Below, piece after piece: positions 28,470 through 38,478 of a stretch of 64,000 nucleotides of DNA (within the stretch, counting starts at the first letter, position 1; each line of letters begins with the position of its first letter). This DNA is from Nannocystales bacterium (GTDB lineage Bacteria > Myxococcota_A > Polyangia > Nannocystales > Nannocystaceae): NCBI GenBank assembly GCA_050633305.1, contig JBOEGF010000008.1:224001-288000 (forward strand), in the 5' to 3' direction. The notes under the pieces are model-generated. The model saw only the letters and a list, made by a program, of their open reading frames with translations. It was not told the DNA's origin and did no database searches. The translations under genes were made by a program, and so were the position numbers.

Positions 28470-29321
28470 TCAGCCAAAGCGGAAGCGTAGGAAACCACTG
28501 AGACTGAGGTCCGTGTCGACGACGCCGCGCGGTGGACGGCTGTCGTACCGCACCTCGAAATCCGAGCCCAGCGAGAAGACTGAGCCCACCTTCGCCTCCA
28601 GCTGCAGCCCGCTGTTGATGCGGAGATCGCCGAAGTCGTCGAATCGAGGCTGGATGTATGTGGTGCTGCCGAGCAAAAGTTGCTCGTCAAGCAGGTCCAA
28701 TCGCATCGAGAGGTAGCTCGTCCAGCGATGGTTAAACGTCTCGGAGGGATGCGGGTCGGGGAGGAAGTCGCTGCAGTCTTCATCGTCGGTGGGGGTGCAT
28801 CCCTCAATGGCATTGACCTCGTATTCGCCCATGTACCCGGTCCCTCCCCAGAGGCCGAAGAGGTTGCGATGCACCACGTCGATGCGAGCCCCACCGCCCC
28901 CCAGCATCCGAGAGCGAAGGTTCGTGAAGGCGTTGTACTGCGACTGCACGAACACCTCCGCGCCAGCTCGCGGAACGATCATCCGCGTGTAGCGGACGTG
29001 CATGAAGCCGTTGTCCGTCACGTCGCGGCCCGAGAACTTCACCAGCGCGAGGTTGCTCGAGAGCATCCAACGGTCGCGGAAGAACGCCGGTCGGGTCGTA
29101 TCGAGGTACGGGTGAAACGTCCGGTGCTGCACGCCGCCCCCGAAGCTGAGTTCACGCTTGACGACGTTGCCCTCCTTGAGGCCACCCTTGAAGTCGAGCG
29201 AAGCGCTCCAGCCGGGCGCGTTGGGCTTGGACGCGATCCGCTCCATGTTGACCGGGCTGCCCCAGGCCAACGCGGGCCAGAGCATCAGCCAGAGCCCAAC
29301 CGCGGCACGCCAAACGTTCAC
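28470..29321 (-). CDS. DUF481 family outer-membrane beta-barrel
   Basis: Signal peptide, GN....LS, F.Q.QYN.F..L..R...GGG.R, TTYIQPRFDDFGDLR, YDSRPP, terminal FRFG. Confidence 0.82.
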   Translation of the reverse strand: MNVWRAAVGLWLMLWPALAWGSPVNMERIASKPNAPGWSASLDFKGGLKEGNVVKRELSFGGGVQHRTFHPYLDTTRPAFFRDRWMLSSNLALVKFSGRDVTDNGFMHVRYTRMIVPRAGAEVFVQSQYNAFTNLRSRMLGGGGARIDVVHRNLFGLWGGTGYMGEYEVNAIEGCTPTDDEDCSDFLPDPHPSETFNHRWTSYLSMRLDLLDEQLLLGSTTYIQPRFDDFGDLRINSGLQLEAKVGSVFSLGSDFEVRYDSRPPRGVVDTDLSLSGFLRFRFG

Positions 29322-29394
29322 CCGCGCGTTGTAGCCAATCCGGGACGGAGCCTCAACGGCCGAGGCCCTGCGACGCCCAAGGCCACCCCTCCGG

Positions 29395-31794
29395 CTAGAA
29401 CCGGCCGCTGTCGACGGTCTTCTTCTTCACGTCCGTGAACGCCTTGCGGTGGGCTTTGTTCTTGAACAGCTCGGCCTGGAACATGTCCTTGCCCGCCATT
29501 CCCGCGTCGACCGTCACCACGCCTTGGCCGTCGAAGGAGAACGCGGCGCCGATGTGCCGGGGGTCACCGGGACGCGACACGAACACCCGGTCGAGCTTTC
29601 CATCGTTGTTGGTGTCGTAGTAGGCCCACGCCAGACGCCCGTCGGTCCGGAACACGAACTCCGACTCAAACCCGCCCTTGCGCACGAACTCGGTCAGCTC
29701 CCAGTCTTTCTTGGACTTGGTCTTCTTCTTGGACTTGCCGTCGAGATCGACGACGAGGCTCATCGCAGCCCTGTCCAACACACTCAGCGCACGCTCGCCC
29801 AGATCTGGGATTCGATTGGCGACGACAACCCGGGATGGGTCGAACTCGGGGAAGGAGCTGTGCCCGTCTTCGACCTCCGCCCGTGGCTGATCCGCGAACG
29901 TCTTGCTGAACACGGCCTCGAGTCGCTGGGCGTACTCCGGCTCGGAGATCAACCCCGGTCGCAGCAACCGTCGGCCCAGATGCTCGGGCGCAGGAGTACG
30001 GCGGCCCGAGCTGTCCAGTCGACTCGCTCCCAAGGCAACACCGCGATCGAGCGAGTCTCCTTCGAGGAGCAAGTCGTAGGCCCCATCGTGGTCCGTGTCG
30101 TAGAACACCTTGACCGGAGACCCCAACACCGCGAGGAACTCGCCGTGGATCTTGCCGTTGCGTAGTTTCTTCAGCAGCTTGGCGTCGGCGATCTGCTCCG
30201 CATCGCGCTTCGCATCCTCCTTGGCCGCCGCCTGCTCGGCCTTCTTTGCGACCCGCTTGGCGACCTTGCCGAACTGGTTCTGATCCAGGTCGATGAGCAC
30301 GCGCGAGTCCATCCGGGTTCGTGCCATCAACGTGTCGAGCTTTCCATCGCCCGTCGCGTCCCGGAACGAAGCCTCGAGCGCCTTCGCCTTGTCTGGGTTC
30401 TTCACGTCGCTCCCGCCGCCGGCCATGTTGGCGACGAAGCGGCTCGCGAGCGTCTTGAGCCGCTTCTTCTCGTACAGGTCCCCGATGTTGGTGAGTTCGA
30501 AGTCGTCCAGCGTGCTGTCGCGCTCGACGGACCATGCGCCTGGCTCGCCCTTGATCGCGTAGCCGCGGGTCTTGTGGCTCTCTCCATCGACAACCACGAG
30601 TTTGTCGTAGGGACCCGCGCTATCAGCGTTGACGAAGACCAACAGGTCGGACACGGGCAGCCCGTGCTGGACGTCGCGCGGCGGCCGGGCAACGCGTACG
30701 GCGGCCAGCTCCGCGTCGAACTCTCGCGACTCGTGAATCTTCTCGACCTCCGGCACCTTCTTGCGTTTTTTGAACGAGCTTTGGTCGAGGTCGGCCAACA
30801 CGGAGAAGCAATACATTCCGCCCTCGCACAGGCCCTCGAAGCGAAGGGTGTCGATCTCCCCGTCCTCATCGAAGTCTTGAAACCGGCCGAACTTGCCCGC
30901 GACTTCCCACGGGTCGGGAAGGTTCGCCTCCGGCGACTCGGGAACCTCGGCCAAGAAGTCGTTGACCTCGTCGATGTGCACGTGAAACGCAACCGAGCCC
31001 AGCGTCGCGAACCCGGCGGTTGCGGGCCGAATGGCGACATTGAGTCCGACCAGCTCTCCGGTCTCTCCATCGACGAGGGGCCCACCGCTGTCGCCGGGGA
31101 GCACGTTGCAGTCGGTCTGCACCTGCTTGCCGTTTTTCTTGCTCGCCTCTTCGATCTCGTCTTTCGCCTTGGCGAGTTCCTCGTCAGAACGGCCGTCTTC
31201 ACGCTGCTGCGCGAAGATAGCGGTGGCAAAGTTCTCAAACGTGCCCACAGCGTTGACCGAGCACTTCTTGATCGCCCAGCCAAAGCCGACGCCCGCGTTG
31301 CCGATCGCAGAGACGCCACTGCCTGGAATGGGTCCTTTGGGCGCACGTGCCAGCGTCGCAAACGATCCCGAGGGCTCCTTGATGGCCAACACCGCGAGGT
31401 CGCGATCCGGATCCACCTTGAGCACCACCGCCTCGAGTTTTTCGTCGACGACCATGCTGCCGTCGTCCTGCATCTTCGCGGTGGTGACGGTCGCCTCATA
31501 GCCGAAGTCCTGGTTCTTGCCGCTGGAGATGACGTGGTAGTTCGTCAGCACCCACCCGCGCTCGTCGACGATGACCCCGGTTCCATGGCCCCATGGGGTC
31601 GCGACAAGCACCGTCGACTCGAGCAAGGTCTTCGCGGTGATCGGCTCCGGCGCCGGCTCGGGTTCCGGCTGCGCGGGGCTGGGATCGACCGGAGGCGTGG
31701 AGCCTGCGGCGACTTTGGCCTCGCAACCAGGCGTGAGGAGCAGGAGGCCCGCGACGAGCACGGGGAGGCGCGAGGAAAAGGCGTCGGTGCGCAT
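29395..31794 (-). CDS. trypsin-like (S1) serine protease lipoprotein with C-terminal Dx[DN]xDG repeats
   Basis: GTG..VLTNYHV, DLAVL, PGDSGGPL; DFDEDG, DATGDG, DTDHDG, DTNNDG. Confidence 0.85.
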   Translation of the reverse strand: MRTDAFSSRLPVLVAGLLLLTPGCEAKVAAGSTPPVDPSPAQPEPEPAPEPITAKTLLESTVLVATPWGHGTGVIVDERGWVLTNYHVISSGKNQDFGYEATVTTAKMQDDGSMVVDEKLEAVVLKVDPDRDLAVLAIKEPSGSFATLARAPKGPIPGSGVSAIGNAGVGFGWAIKKCSVNAVGTFENFATAIFAQQREDGRSDEELAKAKDEIEEASKKNGKQVQTDCNVLPGDSGGPLVDGETGELVGLNVAIRPATAGFATLGSVAFHVHIDEVNDFLAEVPESPEANLPDPWEVAGKFGRFQDFDEDGEIDTLRFEGLCEGGMYCFSVLADLDQSSFKKRKKVPEVEKIHESREFDAELAAVRVARPPRDVQHGLPVSDLLVFVNADSAGPYDKLVVVDGESHKTRGYAIKGEPGAWSVERDSTLDDFELTNIGDLYEKKRLKTLASRFVANMAGGGSDVKNPDKAKALEASFRDATGDGKLDTLMARTRMDSRVLIDLDQNQFGKVAKRVAKKAEQAAAKEDAKRDAEQIADAKLLKKLRNGKIHGEFLAVLGSPVKVFYDTDHDGAYDLLLEGDSLDRGVALGASRLDSSGRRTPAPEHLGRRLLRPGLISEPEYAQRLEAVFSKTFADQPRAEVEDGHSSFPEFDPSRVVVANRIPDLGERALSVLDRAAMSLVVDLDGKSKKKTKSKKDWELTEFVRKGGFESEFVFRTDGRLAWAYYDTNNDGKLDRVFVSRPGDPRHIGAAFSFDGQGVVTVDAGMAGKDMFQAELFKNKAHRKAFTDVKKKTVDSGRF

Positions 31795-31849
31795 GTCGGC
31801 GTCACGATCCTACGCGATCCGCCGCGCGCATGGGCAGCCAGGCACAGAC

Positions 31850-33004
31850 TCAGTCGACCGGGGACGGACCGATGTACTCGGCCCGGGGACGGATGAGTGC
31901 GCCCGTCTCGTACTGCTCCAGAGCATGTGCAATCCAGCCCGCGGTCCGGCCAATCGCAAACAAAGCCCAGGGGGCCCACACGGGCGCACCTATGCTTCGG
32001 CACAGGGTCACGAGCCCAAAGTCCAAGTTGGGAAGCAATCCGTGCTGCTCGCGTGCGACGTCGATGAATCGGGCTGCCCGCCGCTTTGCAGCGCCCGCAA
32101 GGGCCCTTTCAAGCAGTGCAACACCACGGGGATCGCCATGTGGATACAGCGTGTGGCCGAACCCGGGCAACTCCCCATCGCGCTCCGAGACCCTCGCCAG
32201 GATCCGCGAGACTGAGCCGGGCTGCTCGAGCATGGCGCAAACGCGCTGTGCATGACCGCCGTGGTTCCTCCCCGACAGTGCACCCAGGCCCGCCGACACC
32301 ACCATTGGAATCGACGCGCCGGCCGAAGCCACGCACCGCGCGGTGAAGGCCGACACGTTCAACCCGTGGTCCGAACACAGCACCAACGCGGCGTCGATCG
32401 GCTCGGCACTCGGTGTTCCCCAACCCCGTGCCAGTTGCTCAGCAATCGGATCGAGTGAGGGCGCGCTCTGACACACCTCGGCGACCAGCCGCCGAAGCAC
32501 CGCCGCCCCCACGCGCCGAACCGAGCCAGGATTCAAACTCCGCGCGGCTGGATCGTGGACATCGTCCTCGGCGAGCCGCTGTTGCATGCGTGCGAGCAAC
32601 GGCAGGTTCGAGGTCCGGCCGCGTCGGCGGGAGGGAAGGACGTCCTGCGGCCATGCCCCCCACAACAGCGCGACGACATCCTCGAACGAGCTGTTGTCCG
32701 CGAGCTCGACCAGGTCGCGCCCCCGGACGAACACCCGGCCCGACTCGATGCATGTGATCGCGGACTGGAGAACCGGAAGCCCGCGCATTCCGAGCGTCGC
32801 TTTGGCCGCCCCCCGAGGGTCCCGGCGGGCATGTTTTCCCGCCTTGAGTCGCTCCACATCGGACCGCAAGTACTGGTGCCTTCTCGAACCGGAGACCGCC
32901 CGAGACCGAACAAGCCCCCGAGAGACATAGGCGTACAGCGTCGCCTTCTGCACATCGAGCATGGCGACGGCCTGATCCGCGGAGAGATATCGGGAGCCAC
33001 TCAT
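31850..33004 (-). CDS. citrate synthase-like protein with an N-terminal HTH DNA-binding domain
   Basis: YLSADQAVAMLDVQKATLYAYVSRG, then DHGLN.SAF, HGG, GFGH.LY..GDPR, PNLDF, GWIAH. Confidence 0.9.
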   Translation of the reverse strand: MSGSRYLSADQAVAMLDVQKATLYAYVSRGLVRSRAVSGSRRHQYLRSDVERLKAGKHARRDPRGAAKATLGMRGLPVLQSAITCIESGRVFVRGRDLVELADNSSFEDVVALLWGAWPQDVLPSRRRGRTSNLPLLARMQQRLAEDDVHDPAARSLNPGSVRRVGAAVLRRLVAEVCQSAPSLDPIAEQLARGWGTPSAEPIDAALVLCSDHGLNVSAFTARCVASAGASIPMVVSAGLGALSGRNHGGHAQRVCAMLEQPGSVSRILARVSERDGELPGFGHTLYPHGDPRGVALLERALAGAAKRRAARFIDVAREQHGLLPNLDFGLVTLCRSIGAPVWAPWALFAIGRTAGWIAHALEQYETGALIRPRAEYIGPSPVD

Positions 33005-33052
33005 GTTGATTGCTGAATCAACGTTGACAGCCTCTCGGAGCACGCACAAGGT
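33005..33052 (+). promoter_or_regulatory. palindromic operator plus promoter of the citrate synthase divergon
   Basis: GTTGATT-gctg-AATCAAC 33005-33022; TTGACA 33024-33029, 17 bp, CAAGGT 33047-33052, 6 nt before GTG 33059. Confidence 0.7.
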
Positions 33053-33058
33053 CCAAAC

Positions 33059-34159
33059 GTGAAACCGCAGATGGCACCCCCTGGTTTGGAGGGGGTCGTC
33101 GTCGGCGAGTCACGCTTGAGTCGGGTTGACGGCATGGCCGGAACCCTGACCCTGGCGGGCTATGCCGTCGAGGACCTCGCACCACAATCGAGCTTTGAGC
33201 AGGTCGTCCACCTGCTGTGGCATGACGCGCTCCCGGCGGGCTTGCAGTGGACCCGCCAGTTCTCCTCCCACCGTGGGATCCCGGACGCCGTCCTGGAAGT
33301 GTTGCGAACGGCGGCGGATCGGAACGCCACCCCCATGACTGCGCTTCGACTCGGCATCGCAGCTCTGGGATTGCACGACCCCTGTGAGCTTCGCCTCGTC
33401 GCATCCACACCGACACTCGTCGCGTCCTACGATCGACTCCGGCGCGGCCTGGATCCGATCGCGCCGGATCCGGAGCTTGGATTCGCAGCGGACGCTCTGC
33501 GCATGCGCACCGGAGAAGCGCCAACCCCCGCTCAGACACGAGCGCTCAACACTTACCTGTGTACCGTCGTGGACCACGGGCTCAACGCGTCGGCCTTCGC
33601 CGCTCGGGTGGTCGCCAGCACAGGCGCCGCGATGTCATCCTGCGTCGAGGCGGGAGTGTGCGCCCTCGAAGGGCCGTTGCACGGCGGCGCACCCGGCCCC
33701 GCACTCACCGCACTCCTCGAACTTCGGGCGGCCGGCGGCGACCTGGCCAAGGCCACCACGGCGTGGGTCCGGGACCAGCTCGGAGCCGGGCAACGCATCA
33801 TGGGGTTCGGACACCGCGTCTATCGCGTCCGCGACCCAAGGTCAGTCGTCCTACGGAATGCCGCGGCCGCCTTGCTTGGCGACGCGGCCTTGCTTCGCGA
33901 TGCCGAGGTCCACGAGCGTGCCGTCCTCGAGACCCTCGCACAACTCAAGCCGGGCCGACCGATTGCGACCAACGTCGAGTTCGCCACTGCCCTGCTGCTG
34001 CACGCGCTCGGCTTGCCGGACGACTTGTTCACGGCGGTCTTCGCGATGGCTCGGACCGCCGGCTGGATCGCGCACGCACGCGAGCAGCGAGCCCGCGGTC
34101 GACTCATCCGGCCGAGGTTGGCCTACGCAGGAGCCGAGGGTCGCCGTGTCCACGCGTGA
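33059..34159 (+). CDS. citrate/2-methylcitrate synthase family enzyme
   Basis: GLEGVV, DHGLNASAF, GPLHGGA, MGFGHRVYRVRDPR, TNVEF, R.AGWIAH. Confidence 0.92.
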   Translation: MKPQMAPPGLEGVVVGESRLSRVDGMAGTLTLAGYAVEDLAPQSSFEQVVHLLWHDALPAGLQWTRQFSSHRGIPDAVLEVLRTAADRNATPMTALRLGIAALGLHDPCELRLVASTPTLVASYDRLRRGLDPIAPDPELGFAADALRMRTGEAPTPAQTRALNTYLCTVVDHGLNASAFAARVVASTGAAMSSCVEAGVCALEGPLHGGAPGPALTALLELRAAGGDLAKATTAWVRDQLGAGQRIMGFGHRVYRVRDPRSVVLRNAAAALLGDAALLRDAEVHERAVLETLAQLKPGRPIATNVEFATALLLHALGLPDDLFTAVFAMARTAGWIAHAREQRARGRLIRPRLAYAGAEGRRVHA

Positions 34160-34187
34160 GCTCCACCAAGCGAGCTAGGGGGCGTCC

Positions 34188-34508
34188 CTAGAGACTCCGG
34201 ATCTCGTTGCACTCCTGGAGAACCTCGTAGTTCTTCGCGTCGCGCATGCACTTGAGACGCTTGACCCACGGGCCTTTCCCAAACTCGGGTTCCTTCGTGG
34301 CGGCCGCGATGCATCCTTTTTCGAGCTGCGCCAGCGTCTCCTCGGTCGCCTTCGCCCCCTTGGACTCCAGCTCCGCCTTGCTGACCTCCACGACGTTCTC
34401 GCAGACGGAGTCCGCCGAGGGTGGACTGAGCCAGCCGAAGTAGAAGATGGCGATCGCTGCGATGAGCGTCGCGAAGATGCCCCCCATGACCTTCAGTGCG
34501 GTCTTCAT
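34188..34508 (-). CDS. small membrane-anchored Cys-containing hypothetical protein
   Basis: TM helix plus C..C..C..C helical module, coding-like codon use. Confidence 0.7.
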   Translation of the reverse strand: MKTALKVMGGIFATLIAAIAIFYFGWLSPPSADSVCENVVEVSKAELESKGAKATEETLAQLEKGCIAAATKEPEFGKGPWVKRLKCMRDAKNYEVLQECNEIRSL

Positions 34509-34561
34509 GCACCCCAAGACGAACACCCCCCGAAGCTGTCGTCCCTGGGGAGTGTCTTTTT

Positions 34562-37500
34562 CTACCGACTGCGGCGACGGGCCTTGAGGGTCTCGTCGTG
34601 CTCCTCACCGCGCAACACCACGAGACGCCGCAGGACGGAGCCGTACAACCGCTTGGCATACGCGCGCTTCCCCAAGTCCCACGCGAGGTCGGCCCGAATC
34701 AGGACAGCGTCGGTGACCTGGGCCGAGTCCTGCCCGTACGCCCCGGCGAACGAGACATGAGCATCATCGCGCAGCTTGAGCGCAGCCTCTGGGTCGCCCG
34801 CAGCTTCTTCCAGCACCGCCAGATCGTGCTGACAACGCGACCTCAGCGGGCCAAACCCCGCCTGCGTGTCCACGAGACGGAGCACCGAGAGCTGCGTGAG
34901 CCGGGCGCCCTCCACGTCCCCGTGCTCGTGCTGCGCATCCGCCAAAGCGCGGAGGCCTTCGACCCGCCGGATGTCGTCGGGCTCGAGCGCAGCGTCGAGG
35001 ATTGCCAATGCTTCCCGTGCGAGCTCGCGTGCATGCTTGGTGTCGCCCTCAGTGCGCGCCAGCGTTGAGAGTCGGAGCAGCGGATACGCACGCCACCGGC
35101 CGACGTAGTGGAACACCTTCGCCTGCTCGTACGCTTTCGCAGCGGCGTCACGATCCCCCTTTGCGGCCAAGACGTCTCCGAGCAGCAGCATCCCTGTCCC
35201 CCGATCAGCGTCGTGTCTCGCCGTCGAAAAGAGCACGAGATCATCGACGCTGCGCCGGGCGAGCCTCTCAGCATCCTCGAGACGTCCTTGGGCCAGGGCG
35301 ACCTCCGCCGCGACGCGCACCGCCGCGATGCTCTGGAGGTCGTGACGACCCAAGGTCACCTGCAAGATGGATAGCCCCGCCTCCGCCGCAGCGCGAGCAT
35401 CATCGAGCATCCCCAAAGACAAACCGACCTGAGCAAGGCGGACATGCACCCCGCCGACCTTCGGGTGTGTCTTGCTGTAGAGCTTTTCGTGCAGCTCGAG
35501 CGTCGACTCCAGCAGGGTCTGGGCCCGCTCATACTCACCGAAGCTGTACACCACATCCGCTTCGGCCAGCATCACGTCCGCCGTCACAGAGGCGTCACCC
35601 AATCGCTCGACGAACGCCCCGGTCACCCGCCGCCACCGCTGCACGTGAGTCGCGTTGACCAGGTGGGTTCCTTGGAGACGCAGAAGGTGAGTCGCCGCCA
35701 CGCCGCGGACCCACGCAGCGTCAGCGCCCTCTGCAATCGCCACCGCTTCGAGCAGCGCCTCGATCGCCGCATCGATCTCGTGCCGACTCTCCAGGATCTC
35801 GCCGTGCGCGACGAGGGCATCCGCCAACAATGGGCCATGCCCGATCGCACGAGCTTGCTCGACGGCGGCCGCGGCGACCGACGTCGCCTTGGTGAGCGAA
35901 CCGAGCCAACCCAGGGCGCGGGCGCCTGCGATATCCGCCGCCGCGAGCTTCACTCGGCCGTGTTGCGTCGCCGGGGGAGTCGGAGGCATCGCCAACAACC
36001 GCGGTTGGCGCCCGCACGCGCGGACGTCGGGCAACCGGTACGCCGCACTGGCAGCCGCTCGTTCCAACGCCTGTGCATTCTGTTGGGTCGCCGTTGCTAC
36101 CAAGGCGTCAAACTCCGCCCGCGCCTGTGCGAGGCACCTCGTCTGTACCTCCGCGAGGTCTGGGGCCGCCAGCGGGTCGCACAGTGGCCTGGCCAGCTCG
36201 GCATAGTCCCGCCCCCACCGGTCCAACAGGGGAACGGTCCGGGACTCAACATCGTCCGCATCGTCCGTTCGCCCCAGCGCTGCGATGAGCGCGGCGCGGC
36301 GCGGTTCATTCCAGACCCCATCAACCGTCTCCGCCCTCGTTTCACACGCGACATCCGGCCCCGGTTCGACCGGGGCAACCGCCACCGGATCGTCGACCGC
36401 CTCGACGAGCGCCACGCGATCGGTCTGTGGAGGTGCCGCCGCTTCCTTCGCCATCCACCGAAGCACACCGACGCTCGCCGCCGCACCGACCGCCATTGCC
36501 CCAACCACGGCCGCGCTCCGCCGCCCCAGCCCGCGGTCCCGCTCCAGGACCCGAAGCAGCACGGACATCGACGCGTGGCGCCGACCCGCCTCCACCGACA
36601 GGCCGGTTTGCAGGGCGTCCCGAAGCCAACGGGGAACACTCCGAGGCACCGGGTTCATGCGGCCGAGCGTGACCGATGCCGCCAGCGCGGGAAGGGTTCT
36701 CCCCTCGAACGGTCTGCTGCCCGTCAACGCTTCATACAAGGCCACGCAAAAGGCGAACTGATCCGAGCGCGCGTCGGCCAGCGCTCCGTTCCACTGCTCA
36801 GGGGCCATGTACGCGGGCGTACCCACCACCGCGCCCTGACGCGTCAGGCCATCGATCGTCATCGTGGTGCTGTGCGCCTGCTTCGGCTCGGGCGCTCCTG
36901 CAGCCCAGCGAACCGAAGGACGCGCGAGCCCGAAGTCGGCCACCCGCGCACGCCCATCCGATCCCAGCATCACGTTCTCGGGCTTGAAGTCGCGGTGCAC
37001 AATTCCCACCGCATGCGCCGCTTCGAGACCTCGACCTGCCTGCACAAAGACCTTCAGCAGCGCATCGCGGGTTCGTGTTTGCTGCTTCAACCACGCGCCG
37101 AGCGTGAGTCCATCGACGCGCTCCATCGCGACGAAAACCTGACGTCCCGCTCTCCCAGCATCATGCACAGTGACGACGTTGGGATGGGCCAGCTGCGCCA
37201 TCGAGCGGGCCTCACGGAGCAGTCGCGCGCCGTCCGGACCTTCGGCAACGTGGGGGTGCAGCAGCTTGATCGCGACGCTGCGGTGCAGCTGCGGGTCGTG
37301 GGCCTCGAACACCATGCCCATTGCGCCGGAGCCGAGCCGTCGTCCCAGCTGGTACCGGCCGACATAGACGGCCTCGGGCGAGGGCAGGGTCGCCACTTCG
37401 ACCAACGTCTGCGCGTCCACGGGACGTGGGGGCACACCATGACTGGCCTGGCTCGAGGCGAACAGCCGCGCCATCTCGGAGACCACCTCCGCACACGACG

Positions 37501-37600
37501 AGCACGTATCGATGTGCCCTTCGATCCCCAATCGCGTGCCCCACGGCAGGGTGCCGCGCACGAACGCGTCGAGCACCTCAGGGTCGGGACACTGCGCCAC
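34562..37600 (-). CDS. Ser/Thr protein kinase with an N-terminal zf-HC2-like motif, TM and TPR repeats
   Basis: HIDTCSSC, LGSGAMG.V, VAIK, HRDFKPEN, DFGLAR, GTPAYMAPEQ, DARSDQF, TPR tail. Confidence 0.93.
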   Translation of the reverse strand: MAQCPDPEVLDAFVRGTLPWGTRLGIEGHIDTCSSCAEVVSEMARLFASSQASHGVPPRPVDAQTLVEVATLPSPEAVYVGRYQLGRRLGSGAMGMVFEAHDPQLHRSVAIKLLHPHVAEGPDGARLLREARSMAQLAHPNVVTVHDAGRAGRQVFVAMERVDGLTLGAWLKQQTRTRDALLKVFVQAGRGLEAAHAVGIVHRDFKPENVMLGSDGRARVADFGLARPSVRWAAGAPEPKQAHSTTMTIDGLTRQGAVVGTPAYMAPEQWNGALADARSDQFAFCVALYEALTGSRPFEGRTLPALAASVTLGRMNPVPRSVPRWLRDALQTGLSVEAGRRHASMSVLLRVLERDRGLGRRSAAVVGAMAVGAAASVGVLRWMAKEAAAPPQTDRVALVEAVDDPVAVAPVEPGPDVACETRAETVDGVWNEPRRAALIAALGRTDDADDVESRTVPLLDRWGRDYAELARPLCDPLAAPDLAEVQTRCLAQARAEFDALVATATQQNAQALERAAASAAYRLPDVRACGRQPRLLAMPPTPPATQHGRVKLAAADIAGARALGWLGSLTKATSVAAAAVEQARAIGHGPLLADALVAHGEILESRHEIDAAIEALLEAVAIAEGADAAWVRGVAATHLLRLQGTHLVNATHVQRWRRVTGAFVERLGDASVTADVMLAEADVVYSFGEYERAQTLLESTLELHEKLYSKTHPKVGGVHVRLAQVGLSLGMLDDARAAAEAGLSILQVTLGRHDLQSIAAVRVAAEVALAQGRLEDAERLARRSVDDLVLFSTARHDADRGTGMLLLGDVLAAKGDRDAAAKAYEQAKVFHYVGRWRAYPLLRLSTLARTEGDTKHARELAREALAILDAALEPDDIRRVEGLRALADAQHEHGDVEGARLTQLSVLRLVDTQAGFGPLRSRCQHDLAVLEEAAGDPEAALKLRDDAHVSFAGAYGQDSAQVTDAVLIRADLAWDLGKRAYAKRLYGSVLRRLVVLRGEEHDETLKARRRSR

Positions 37601-37642
37601 CGCAGCCCAGGCTACACGAAGCTCCGTGGTACCTTCGAGTCG

Positions 37643-38449
37643 ATGGACACGGCCACCCGGCAGCGGCTCGAAGAGCAGGTCCGTGAACACGGTTTGACCC
37701 CGGAGCCCGCCCTCATCGACGCAGTCCTGGCCCCGATCGTAGCGCAAACCGCCGACTCGGACTCGGTCGCGCTCGGCGACCTGTACCTCGCAGTGGCGTG
37801 CTCGCACGGCGACGGCGCCGCGCTGCGTCGCTTCGAAACCCTCTACGGGCCCACCTTCGACCGCGCGATCCGTCGCTCGCCGAAGCTCCGGGTCAATCCC
37901 GACGAGTTCCGCCAGCTCGTCCTCGACCGTCTGTTCGTCGCCCCACAGGGCTCCGCGCCTCGCATCGCTCAGTACCAGGGCCGTGGCTCGCTCGAAGGGT
38001 GGCTTCGGGTGATGACCACCCGATTGGTCATCGACCTCTCACGCGCCCGCAAACGCCCCGAGGCTGTCGGCGATGAGACGCTGGTCGAGCGGATGAGCGA
38101 CGGGCAGAACACCGAGGTCGCCGTACTCCGACACGCGTATGGACCCGCCCTCGAACAAGCCTTCAGCCGAGGCTTGGCCGCCCTCGAAGTTCGGCAACGC
38201 AACCTCCTGCGTCAGCGTTATCTGCACGACGTCTCCGGCGATGCTCTCGCCAAGCTATACGGCATCCACCGAGCCACCATGTTCGGATGGCTGGACAAGG
38301 CCCGGACCGCGCTTCTGTTCGAGGTCCGTCAGGCGTTGGCCGCCGCCGTCCCTGGAGATCAGCTCGAGAGCGTGGTCGGAATGCTCGGCAGCGAGCTCCA
38401 CGTCAGCGTGCGCCGGCTGTTGGACTCACAGCTCGAAACAGAAGCTTAG
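37643..38449 (+). CDS. Myxococcales-type ECF-like sigma factor (TIGR03001-like)
   Basis: DLYLAVAC..GD..ALRRFE, PRIAQYQGRGSLEGWLRV, RQRNLLR..Y..LAKLYGIHRAT...WL, S.LHVSVRRLL. Confidence 0.87.
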   Translation: MDTATRQRLEEQVREHGLTPEPALIDAVLAPIVAQTADSDSVALGDLYLAVACSHGDGAALRRFETLYGPTFDRAIRRSPKLRVNPDEFRQLVLDRLFVAPQGSAPRIAQYQGRGSLEGWLRVMTTRLVIDLSRARKRPEAVGDETLVERMSDGQNTEVAVLRHAYGPALEQAFSRGLAALEVRQRNLLRQRYLHDVSGDALAKLYGIHRATMFGWLDKARTALLFEVRQALAAAVPGDQLESVVGMLGSELHVSVRRLLDSQLETEA

Positions 38450-38478
38450 GGACGCCACCCAGATCTCGAAGGTGCGGC

